From positions 146,010,001 to 146,074,000 of the forward strand of contig OZ024742.1 of the NCBI GenBank assembly GCA_964016885.1: DNA of 64,000 nucleotides. Direction: 5' to 3'. The DNA comes from Eledone cirrhosa. Taxonomy: Eukaryota. Made by a program: the position numbers and the translations under genes. Positions 1 through 11,012 of the stretch are shown in pieces (within the stretch, counting starts at the first letter, position 1; every line of letters starts with the position of its first letter). The notes below the pieces were generated by a model. That model worked only from the letters and a program-made list of their open reading frames with translations, did not search any database and was not told the origin of the DNA.

Positions 1-675
1 CATCAATATTATGTTGAACATTAAACGCCTTCTTGGTTCAGGTATATCTCTCATTGGAACTTATATGTAAATGAAGAGCATTTAAGTTAAACTTACTGTC
101 ACCTTCCTTTGCACACTCTTATATCAATGAGAAATGGGCGGGACAGCCACAAGCAGGTGTGTGTGTATCCCACGTACCTTAGGATCACTGAGCTCTCTCG
201 CAGGGTAACAGCAACATTTAATGCATCTTACATGTGTCGTTCTTGTATTTTGTTTTTTTCAATGTTTTGAAGCAGGAGTTTGTTTACAGCAGCAGTTATC
301 ATCAGCTCTGCGCAGCATTATTGTCGTTATTAGTATTATTATTGACATATATTGACATTATTACAGACCAATACCACCCTCCATCATTGCTGTTACTGCT
401 GCTTGTGCGTGTTTTTATATTGTTGCATGTTATCAACTCTCGTGTAACGATAGTTCATATAGGCAGACGATAAGAAGGAGAAGAAGAGAGGATTTTCACA
501 AAACAAAAAGGGTTAATTTAAAATTAAAAAAAAAAGCATATACATATTAGCTAGATAGAGGATTAAGAATAGAGAGAGAAAGAGAGAGTTGTATGGCAAT
601 AGAGATGTTGATAGTTTCTATAGGAGGGGAAGGAGATGAGCAGTGACAGTAGTAGTGGTTGGCCAACCTCAACAG

Positions 676-683
676 TGACGTCA
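676..683. promoter_or_regulatory. Full palindromic CRE (CREB/ATF) site
   Basis: TGACGTCA exact match, in unique non-repeat sequence near the candidate promoter zone. Function is inferred. Confidence 0.3.
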
Positions 684-1659
684 TGAGACAGAATGACAGT
701 GTCAGTGAACCCTATAATTCTGTAGATCCTTTATTCTGTTCTTTAAATAAACAAGAACCTGCTAAACATTTAATTCATTCATCCGTTCTTCCGTTAGCCA
801 GCCTGCTACCCACATTCTATCTACTCGGTTTTTGCCAAAACATTTCTGAAGAGAATATGTTTATATAAATAAAAGCTTGTTATCACTCAAAACATTGTTC
901 GTATACTCGTATAACAGAAAACAGTAGTTTAAATGTAATTTGTGGAAAATCAAAATGTAATTAGAATTTTCATTCAATATGTGAATATTTAGACAAAATA
1001 CTAGTAACCTTCTATATAGAAGTGAAAGTTAATTCTGATGAAAATGACATTCATATTTAACGTGAAACGATGGGCCAGTATATGTTATTTTTTTAATTTC
1101 TTCCGTAAATAAGCTTTATATTTGCTGTTAATTACACATTTTTCGCTTTTGTTTTCACATTTTTTTTCATCCACTTCTTCAATTAATCAAAATATCCGGT
1201 ACATTGGATCGGCTGCTTTACTTTCATTTCTACATAGAAAGCTCAAAAGATTTTGCCAATATTTATTCTCATTCAATTAACGAAAAATGTTGTCAGTCGA
1301 GTAGACAATAACAATATTTTAGTTTAGTCGTGTTACAAACTAAACTACAGAGAAGAAAACATTGATTCGCGTATTTAAGTCAATTTGACTAGCTTGTCTT
1401 TATTTCATCACCACAGATCAACGCAGTCCTTGGGGAATATATATTTTCAAATTAGCCAAGTTAATACTTATTTATGTATTTATGTCAGTAATTATGTATG
1501 CATATCTATACATAGTGCATTGTTTAACATAAGCCATGAGAAATATGTATGCAAACACGTTTAAATATTAGTATATAAACAATTTATGTTTTTTAAAAAT
1601 CTATATAAAAAAGAAACAAAAAGATAATAAAAAGTGGGAGAAGATCAGCCCACTCAATC

Positions 1660-1809
1660 ACACGCCTCAAATGGCGCAGTAGTTTCCCTCAATTAATTCT
1701 TAAGGAAAGTAAACATACTCGCAGCATTGCCACGGTTGATAGCGAGGCTAAGACGTTGAAATAACGAAGCACTCTAGTGGGCATCATTGGATACTTTGGT
1801 AAGGTGAGT
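1660..1809 (+). promoter_or_regulatory. Candidate TSS region / non-coding first exon with splice donor
   Basis: YY1-like AAATGGCG near 1669, locally more CpG, and consensus donor AAG|GTGAGT at 1803/1804. Confidence 0.3.
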
Positions 1810-2139
1810 CACCGACAAAAACCTCGTTGTCAGCGGCCCAGTTCCCCCAAACACGTATTATTTACATATTTCTTTGTCCCTTGAAAAAGATGAATAGTTT
1901 AATTCGAGTTTCGCTGCTTGTTGGAATCACCATCAGAAGCTGCATACACAATGGTAGCTTATTTAATTGTATATTAAATCATGTAAGGGTGTGGCTGGTT
2001 TATTTGAACCTTACCTCTGGAACAAGTCTGAAACATTTTATCAACCCAGAAAGATGAATGACACAGTTGGCTCTGGCGAAAATTGAAACCAGTACATAGA
2101 GTGGTATAGGATTTAGTTGATACATTCTACCATTGCTCT

Positions 2140-2800
2140 TCCAACACACATTCACACGCGACCGTACACATGCATACATACACGCGTACGCAAACACACA
2201 TATACACACACGCATGCACGCACGCAAGCACACACATATACACCCACTCAGGCGCGCATGCAAGTACATGTATGCATGTAAATACATACACGCAAACATA
2301 CACACCCACACACAAACGCACTCTCGAGCATTCATGTTATCAAATGCAGGTCGATCTGTGTTGTTAAATATAAAAATATTCCGTATTATCATAAATTATT
2401 AAAATAATGATATTATGTGTTTATATATGTGTGTGGGTATGCTTGTGTACGTATGCATGGGTATCTGTTTGTGCAAGTATGTATGTGTGTGTATATGCGC
2501 GTTTGTTTGTGTGTGTGTGTTTATATGTGTATATACATGTGTATGTGTACATGCATATATGTGTGTGTGTGCGTGAATGTACGTATACATGTGTACGTGT
2601 ATATATATGTGTGTGTGCGTGAATGTATGTGTGCATGGGAACGTATATATATGTGTGTGTGTGCGTGGATGTATGTATACATGTGTACGTGTATATATAT
2701 GTGTGTGTGCGTGAATGTATGTGTGCATGGGAACGTATATATATGTGTGTGTGTGCGTGGATGTATGTATGTGTGTGGGGGTGGGGTGGGGTGGGGGGTT
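2140..2800. repeat. Degenerate (CA)n then (TG/TA)n compound microsatellite with a ~92-bp duplicated unit
   Basis: Seen directly; ORFs at 2623 and 2715 begin identically, 92 bp apart. Confidence 0.9.
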
Positions 2801-3105
2801 GTTGAGAACGATCCAACAAGTAGCAGTTAACAAACGATGGTCTTGGCAAAAGAACGAGGATGTTGTTTCTGGAAGGCGAAGGACAGGGAAAATTCGTGGC
2901 AGGAGGTGAAATTACGTCAATTCCAGTCTCTGATTTTTATGACCTTGCTGACTTTTCAAATCTACCAAGGTAATAGGGATTCTACTTTTAAATAAATGCC
3001 ATCAGCCCTTCCTACGTTGTTATTGATTGTTGTTTAGCCCTAGGTTAAATCTCATCCAATAAATCTATGATACACACATATTTAATTGTTGTTTAGCCCT
3101 AGGTT

Positions 3106-3268
3106 CAGGGCCTATGAGAGGGGGTTCAGCCGGTACATTGTTCTGGGGCCCAAGAACTAAGAAGGCTCCACAGCAACCATGCAACATCCATTTTGAGAAA
3201 AATCTTTGCCTGCTTCTGGCTCCAAAGGGGTCTTGTACAACCTTGCAAAATTTCTCTTGGCAGCCCTG
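3106..3268. mobile_element. hAT-type MITE inserted in a repeat unit
   Basis: Termini CAGGGC...GCCCTG; 8-bp TSD CCTAGGTT (3098-3105) / CCTAGATT (3269-3276); the host repeat unit resumes afterwards. Confidence 0.7.
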
Positions 3269-3312
3269 CCTAGATTAGCCTTGATCCAACAGACCTATGA
3301 CACACATACAGG

Positions 3313-3340
<28 letters not shown>

Positions 3341-3346
<6 letters not shown>

Positions 3347-3926
3347 GCCTCAGGTCATCTCTGATCCAACAAAGTTATGACATAGATAAATAGTTATTTT
3401 AGCCCCAGGTCAGCTCTGATCCGACAGTCCTATGACATAGATAAATACTTGTTTAGTCCTAGGTCAGCTCTGATCCAACAAATCTATGACAGATAGATAG
3501 TTGTTTAGCCCTAGGTCAGCTCTGATCCAACAAAGTTATGACATAGATAAGTAGTTGTTTAGCCCCAGGTCAGCTCTGATCCGACAGTCCTATGACATAG
3601 ATAAATACTTGTTTAGTCCTAGGTCAGCTCTGATCCAACAAATCTATGACAGATAGATAGTTGTTTAGCCCTAGGTCAGCTCTGATCCAACAAAGTTATG
3701 ACATAGATAAATAGTTATTTTAGCCCCAGGTCAGCTCTGATCCGACAGTCCTATGACATAGATAAATACTTGTTTAGTCCTAGGTCAGCTCTGATCCAAC
3801 AAATCTATGACATAGATAAGTAGTTGTTTAGCCCCAGATCAGCTCAGATCCAACAAATCTATGACATAGATAAGTAGTTGTTTAGTCCTAGGTCAGCTCT
3901 GATCCAACAAATCTATGACATAGATA
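3341..3926. repeat. ~54-bp minisatellite, ~11 copies, with a ~160-bp trimeric higher-order pattern
   Basis: Unit GTTTAGCCCTAGGTCAGCTCTGATCCAACAAATCTATGACATAGATA...; variants AAAGTT / CAGTCC / AAATCT cycle three times. Confidence 0.95.
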
Positions 3927-6160
3927 TCTTTCTTTATTTGCCACAGGGGCGTACCAATATGGGACATTACAAGACGTGACGGCGGGGGTTTTACATAAAA
4001 ATAACTTTAACATTAATAAATAACAATAAACTATATATAATAAAATAACAATTGAAATCCCCAGTAGGGGGGAACGTTACTGCAGGGTTGTTTTACACCC
4101 CGTGGATAGAATAACCCTCAACACCAGGAACACGTTTTGTAGGTGTTCCTGTCTTCCCTCTGTTTATCTTCCTCAACCTACAGGTTTATATACAGAGAAG
4201 GCCCATTCACTTGGGCTATTTTTGCCACATTCACCCACCTTTCAGCGAATTTGCTGGGGTGTAACACCTCTCTCTCCACTCTCACCTTCCTTCTGAAGTG
4301 ATACTTAAAGAAGGGGATAAGTTGTTGTCCGGAGAGAAAGGTGTTTGCCCTCAGTCCTTTTAACCTCGTCCACCATATTACCTCTTTCGCCATAGCCACC
4401 AGACAGAGGAAGACCGCCTCTCCTTCGTTCTTAAATGAAGGCGGTGGGCTGATCCTCACGATGGACTCGGCTGACAACTGGATGCGTCCCACACGTGACA
4501 GCAGCTGTTTGACATAATTCCACAGGTCGGTCACCCCTGGGCACTGAACAATTGCGTGCAGAACAGTTTCGATGTCCTGCTCGCATCTTGGACAGGTCCT
4601 TTTGGCAGGATCTCTGCCAGGGCGTCCGCGCCTGTAGATTTTGTCTTGAACTGGTAGAGCTCCTCGGTAGCACTGCCAGGCCAGAGACCTCTGGAAGTTA
4701 TCCATAGGCCCTGGACGGAAAGTCCTCCCGAACAGACTGGTCAGTTCATCCTCCTCGATGCCTAGAGTTTCCCCGAGAACGTTTTCGCACTTATCCTCCA
4801 CTAATCCCCTAGAATGTCGAAGTGGAGTCTCTGCTGATTGCCATTTCTGCTTGGTAGAGGGCTGTGAGTGCCTGTAGGCACTCGAGGTGCCAGGCACCCA
4901 TTTTCGGTCTTCGCTTGACCCAGGACTGCAGCTCTGTTAGTGAGACGAGTTGTGGAAGAGCTTGTCTCACAAACGACAGCCACACCAGTTCACCAGTCAG
5001 GAATACCTAAAGATGGCGTAGCCTCAGCGCATGTTTGTGCATCATCAGCCACGGCATGCCCAGCCCTCTGTTAGAAGGGTGTTGACAGCTGATGGATCTC
5101 CTCACCAATGGAGTCTGTTTCTTCCAGAGGAACTTGAAGAGTAGGCATTCCATTTTGGTAAGGTATTCGCGAGGGAAAGGCACGACTGTCAAGCGGTAGT
5201 AGATGACGGACGCTATGTAAGTGTTCACCACCTCCGCTCGACCTTTCAAGGAGAGTTTGCACTCAGCCGACTTCTGGGTGAGTGCAAGCAACTTCGCCGT
5301 GACCTCGTTCCAGTTCTTGTCCACCAGGAGGTCTGGACCGAACCAGACCCCGAGCAATTTCACTGGTCCTTCCGTCCAGCGTCCAACGACACTGTCGGAA
5401 GGCTTGGGTTTGCCTCTCCATGTGCCGAGTTGCAAACCGACAGACTTGTTTGGGTTTAGTCTTGCTCCTGTCAACGTTTCGTATTACTGTAATAGGTTGC
5501 CGATTACTCCGATTTCCGAGGTTTTCGACACCATTACGGTTATGTCGTCGGCATAGGCCGACGCTGCTTTCCGCAGTCCTGCTTCGATAGGGATGCCCTG
5601 TAACAGCTCCAATTTCTGCAGTAACGGCTCAAGATTCAGTACATACAGAACGGGGGAGAGAGGGCATCCCTGACGGATGGAACGCATGATTTGGAATGGC
5701 TCTGATAGGTAACCATTCACCTTGACTGCCGAGCAGATGCTGGTGTGCATGGCAGCAATCCAGCCTCTGAAGACGGGACCGAAGCCGGCCGCCTTGAGAA
5801 ATGCTTCCAAGTATTGATGGTCGACCCTATCAAATGCCTTAGACTGATCTAAATTGAACAGAGCCAAGGTTTACATCCTACCCTCTCTATGATGTATCGC
5901 ATGAGGTGGAGGTTGTTGTGTATAGACCTGGTCGGGATTGCACACGTTTGGGCTTCCCCTACCAGGTTCTCGACGACAAGTAACAGCCTTGCTGCTAACA
6001 CCTTGGCTAAAATCTTTAACTCTGTGTTGAGCTGAGCAGAGTTATGGGCCTGAAATTGCTTATCTCATCCCCCTTGTTCTCATCTTTCCTGATCAGCGTT
6101 ACTGCGCCTCTGCCTACAGAACTGGAAATCCTCCCGTTCTGCTGCCAGCTCAGATCCACA
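3927..6160 (-). mobile_element. 5'-truncated, frameshifted L1/Tx1-like LINE (RT, C-terminal CCHC zinc knuckle, 3' UTR)
   Basis: ORF fragments NFRPITLL, LDQSKAFDRVDH, IRQGCPLSP, AYADD, KLLGVWFG, CPRC..ETVLHAIVQC in colinear order. Confidence 0.9.
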
Positions 6161-7508
6161 AAACAGTGGTTATGGTTATGACGTGCAAAATGAAGTGGGA
6201 GCAAGGCTCTTAGAATTCTGTGATGCGAAGGAACTCATAATTGGCAACACTAACTTCAGAAAATTGGCCAGCCACCTGATCACCTACCAATCAGGTGAAC
6301 ACACAAACCAGATTGACTTTTTACTTGGATAGGCAGATGTTTATGAATGCTAAATGCTACCCCGGGAAAGAATGCACCAAACAACATAAATTGTTAGTGA
6401 CAACAGAACAAGAAATACTGGAAAAGAGGAAAAAGAAGAGTATGGAAGCCAAAGAACCTCTCTGTTAAATATAGATTCTGAAAAGCTCTATAGGATACAT
6501 ATGGCAAGAGGGAGGAGGAGTTTCTGTGACTCAACCTACTGTAGGTTTCTGACGAGACTTGAGGCTAGAACAAAGCACCTTCTAGACGGAAGGTGACCTC
6601 ATGGTGAAACAGCACTGTGGATATAGCTATTAAAAAATAGGCTGGAAAAATGGGGCAGCAAATATCAGTACCAGGTAGCTAAAAGAGAAGCTAGAAAACA
6701 GGTGTACATAGCATGCAAAGCTGAAAGCAGGAAGGTTGCCAATGTTTTGAGACCTGAGGATCAAAGACATGAGGTACTCTGCATTGCTAAACAGTGTGTC
6801 CATGAAAACCGGGATGTTGTTGGGGAATAGTGTGTTTGAAATGATGCTAGTGAATTTAGCATCACTGATACTCAAAAGAAAAAGACCAGTAAATGCTATT
6901 ATGAGAGGTTGGTGAATGTAGAGAATGAGTTGCAGGAAGAGAGTCTATCCTCCAGATGACCAAATAGTGGGATCAGTTATCAAAATTGACAGTTATAGGC
7001 GCGAAAGAATAATCAAGGAGTTGAAAAATGATAAAGCCACTATTCTTTCAAAGATAGTTGCTGAGATGCTGAAATCTTCTGGGGAAATAGGAATCAAATA
7101 AGTCACCTGCATCACAAATCAGGTAATAAATGATGGGGTCATACTCAATGAATGGCATAGTCAGTGGTGGACTGGCCAGGTTGCTCAATGGCAAGTGGGC
7201 CCCATAGGGCCCATGGTAGCATTGCAAGATCCCACAGTAGCATTGCAGGGCCCACTGTAGTATTTTAGGGGCCAATGCTTTGCTTTCAAAAAATACCTGA
7301 AATCTAAGAGAAAGAATAAAATCTTTTAAAAAATAAATAGAACAATTAAGCAAAGCATTTGTTCAACTAATTCCCCAGGGAATTAATATAAACCAAAATA
7401 TATGATAGTGCAAATAGCTGGAATCAGTGGTTGTACATTCTACTAAATCTAAAGCTCAGTGTATTCATTCATGCATGCAAACATACATGTATAGAGACAC
7501 ACTCTCAA

Positions 7509-7539
<31 letters not shown>

Positions 7540-7542
<3 letters not shown>

Positions 7543-8578
7543 TCATCATCATCATCATCGTTTAACGTCCATATTCCACGCTTGCATGGGTTTGGACGGG
7601 AGTTTTCCCACTTGAGGCAAGAGTGGTTGTCTTGCTCGCATAGGACTGTCTGGCGGGTTTTCTACGGCTGGATGCCCTTCCTAACACCAACCACATTTAC
7701 AGTGTGGAACTGGGAGGTTTTTACCGTGTTACCTACACGGCCACATTACAGCGTGGACTGTGTTTTTTTTTGTCGTGACACCTACACAACCTCATTTGTT
7801 TCGGGCTGGATATTGTGGTACCAACATAACTTTACATTGAAAGGGGTGGTGTGGATGGGGTGGGGGTAGTGGGACGGGGGTGTATTTTGTTAGAGGTGCC
7901 TACTGACTGTAGTAGGTTTCACTTTGCACTTAGGTAAGGCGGGTCTTCTCTATTACTGTGTAGCGCCAAAGATCTCGGTCCAGTGACATTGTCTTGGAGA
8001 GGTGTAAGTGTGTGAGGTCGGAATTTATCAAGTCGTCCCAGGTTTTTCTGGGTCTGCCTACTCCGTGGCTACCGTCTATTTTTATTGCCCTACACTTTTT
8101 TATACAGCTGTCGTCTTTCATGCGCATCACGTGACCATACCAACGTAGTCTTCTCTCGAGTAAACAACATCTGATCCCTCTTATTCCTAATTTCTCCCTT
8201 AGTTCGTTTATGCTTTGCCGTTTACGTATATTACTATTACACATCCAGCGGAGCATGCAAGCTTCGTTTCTCTCCAGTCTGCATATATCCTCTGCACACA
8301 ATACCCAGGTCTCACTACCATGTAACATTGCTGTTCGTATGCAGGCATCATACAGCCTGCCTTTCATTTTTAGAGAGAACCCTTTAGCGGCCAATAGTGG
8401 TATAAGCTCTCTGAACTGTTTCCATCCCGTTCTGACTCTAGCTACTGTACTTTCAGAGCACCCTCCCCCACTACTGATTTTGTCACCCAGGTAACGGAAG
8501 CTGTCCACTATTTCTATAGAACCATCTGTGCAATGGAATGAGTTAGTATTCTGTGGGCACTTGCTGCTACTTATTGCT
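7540..8578 (-). mobile_element. 5'-truncated RTE LINE copy (C-terminus, 3' UTR, (GAT)n tail)
   Basis: ORF 7930-8646 is near-identical to the C-terminus of the 1092-aa ORF; (TA)n on both sides. Confidence 0.95.
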
Positions 8579-8589
8579 ATATATATATA

Positions 8590-8935
8590 GGCACATGGCT
8601 TAGTGGTTAGAGCATTGGCCTTGCAATCGAAAGGTTGTGAGTTCAATTCTCAGACCGGGTGATGTGCTGTTTCCTTGAGCAAGACACTTTATTTCACATT
8701 GCTCCAGTTTACTCTGCTGTAGAAATGAGATGATAGGGACTGGGGTCCATATCATTCCACTGCAAAGTGGTCGTGGAGGTGCCACGGCAAAAAAGCACCC
8801 AGTACTCACTGTAAATGAGGTTGGTGTTAGGAAGGGCATCCGGCTCTAGAAATCAAGCCAAAATCAGTTCCCGTCCTACCCTTGCAAGCAGGGAAAAGCG
8901 GACGTAAAATGAAATGATGATGATGATGATGATGA
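8590..8935 (+). mobile_element. tRNA-headed SINE with RTE-derived tail (family A)
   Basis: A-box TGGCTTAGTGG, B-box AGTTCAATTC, tail motif GGTTGGTGTTAGGAAGGGCATCC shared with the RTE 3' UTR, (GAT)n end; near-identical copies at 43511, 50938, 53060. Confidence 0.9.
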
Positions 8936-8979
8936 TATATATATATTTACTTACACATACACTACAACTACTGACCAAA

Positions 8980-9171
8980 TAATTGTTTCTACTTTTGGCA
9001 CAAGGCCAGCAATCACCCAGTGCATCACTGGTACTTTATTTTATTGACCCCGTAAGGATGAAAGGCAAAGTTAACCTCAGCGGAATTGAAACTCAGAATG
9101 GCAAGGGCCGTAACTCTATGCATCAAAGCATGGCATCCAACCCTATACCGATACTACCAAGCCACCGCCCT
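8980..9171 (-). mobile_element. tRNA-derived SINE (family B)
   Basis: Reverse complement of the copies at 57243 and 60089 (GGGCGGTGG...GCCTTTCATCCTTACGGGGTC...AAAGTACCAGT). Confidence 0.85.
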
Positions 9172-9317
9172 GACCCAAATAATGTTTGGTATCAATGGGT
9201 TAAAGACATCTGTCAAATCAATTAGTGGTGAAGGTGGTGTACAAATATATATATATATATGTATAGATACACACACACACACACACATGCACACACACAC
9301 ACATACACATATATATG

Positions 9318-10237
9318 ATTTTGTATTGAACATTTTGAAAGTAGGTTTATAAGTATGAATTTTCAAAAATTTATATGTGTCTCTGTGGCCTGGTGGTAGG
9401 TACTAGCGATGGTGGAGATCCTGAGCTTGGGTTCAATCCTGGTCAAGAGATACCTGTAACCTATTTCAGTTTTTATTTTACAACCCATAGAAAAAAACTG
9501 AAAAGGCTTACCGGGAACCCTACTCTCAACCAGGATCTAACTTCAGACCAGGATCACCACCATCTATGATTCCTCCAACTAGACCACCAAGACAGCTACA
9601 AAAGTCATATGAAAATTCATACTTATAAACCTACTTTCAAAATTTTCAATACAAATATTTTACTTTTTCCAATAAAAATATGTATTTTGCGAAACCCAGA
9701 GACTTTCAATAATGACCAGAAGTTGACCCTAAATATTACTAATAGCTCTAGGAAAGCCATGACCAACACCACATCTTTTTAACTTTGATTTTGAAAGTAG
9801 GTTTATGATTATCAATTTTCATTATACTTTTGTAGTTTCAGTGGTCTAGTTGGAGGAATCATAGATGGTGGTGATCCTGGTCTGAAGTTCGATCCTGGTC
9901 GGGAGTAGGGTACCCAATAAGCCTTTTCATTTTTTTTCTATGGATTGTAAAATAAAAACTGAAAAAGGCTACATGTACCTTTGACCAGGATTGAACACAA
10001 GACCAGGATCTCCACCATCTGTAGTACCTACCACTAGGCCACTGAGACAGCTACAAAAGTATAATGAAAATGGATAATTATAAACCTACTTTCAAAATCA
10101 AAGTTAAAAAGATGTGGTGTCGTTCATGGCTTTCCTAAAGCTATTAGTAATATTTAAGGTTGACTTCTGGTTATTATTGTAAGTCTCTGGATTTCGCAAA
10201 ATACATCATATTTTTTATTGGAGAAGGTAAGATATTT
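9318..10237. repeat. Nested inverted-repeat structure containing four tRNA-like heads
   Basis: 9378-9595 is the reverse complement of 9838-10048; 9657-9835 is the reverse complement of 10050-10237; 9318-9365 is the reverse complement of 9610-9656. Confidence 0.85.
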
Positions 10238-10517
10238 TTCCACAAAAATTTGATTGCACTGTTTTGTTTCCACTTATGTATTTTTTGAAAAAATTATTTA
10301 TACATTATAAAAATTAAATGAGAGCATTCTATATGTAGGTGGGCCCCCTTCATCTCCTGGCAACCAATATTTTTAGACCCAGTCTGCCACTGGGCATAGT
10401 AGTATACTTATTAATAGTTACAAGTGAAAAGGTGATGTGCTAGAAAAGAGCAACTATAGGGGTATAAAACTGATTCATCAAGTTATGAAAGTGACAGGAA
10501 GAATTTTAGCACACCTA

Positions 10518-11012
10518 CAATATATATTTGTATATAAACTGAGAAATATGTGACAAAACATTGATGGTAAAATGGGGGTCGGGTTATATTTGAAGTCAAT
10601 ATTTTGCTGATTTTCACAAATTCAAAATTCTACATGAATGAGGTGTTAAAATATTTTCGCTTTTGTGGTGAATATTATACCAGTTTCACTTTGGAGGTGA
10701 ATATGGCTCTGGTTTCGTTTCCAATGCGAAATTCGATTTCCTATTGTTTTTGATGTTTTGAATGAATATGATCTTCAAAACAGTCAGAAATTGTTAAAAA
10801 AAAAAATCATAACGGAGTTAGGAAACAAAAACTATACTACAAATGACACTTAGAACATTTTAAGTGCCAACATATTAAAATTTCATAAATATATTCTCTA
10901 CTCATGAGAATTTCAAAAGTGTGGCATTTAAACACATTATGTGCTGGGGTTTGGATTTTTGCCCAATTCTCAGACATAAAATAAAGTGTCAGCTTATATT
11001 TAAGCAAATACG
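10518..11012. mobile_element. Tc1/mariner-pogo-type MITE
   Basis: Interrupts the RTE at a TA; degenerate TIRs resembling C(C/T)GTATATACTCGAATATAAG; reverse-complement homolog at 36450-37375. Confidence 0.7.

Larger units (their letters stand above)
7162..10392. mobile_element. Non-autonomous hAT-type DNA transposon carrying nested insertions
   Basis: TIRs CAGTGGTGGACTGG / CCAGTCTGCCACTG (12/14 match); perfect 8-bp TSD GGCATAGT at 7154-7161 and 10393-10400; RTE sequence continues across it. Confidence 0.85.

Noticed and set aside
1036-1075. CTGATGA...GAAAC hammerhead-like spacing
   Set aside because: No convincing stem I, stem II or cleavage-site pairing.
2000-2909. Cys/Val- and His/Thr-rich ORFs (also at 13.2, 17.8, 36, 42, 59 and 62 kb)
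   Set aside because: Dinucleotide microsatellite translations.
3341-3926. Possible CRISPR array or hammerhead (retrozyme) tandem
   Set aside because: No variable spacers; CTGATCC is not CTGANGA and there is no GAAA box.
8590-8665. tRNA gene
   Set aside because: A/B boxes belong to a multicopy SINE head continuing into a LINE-derived tail; no full cloverleaf or terminator seen.
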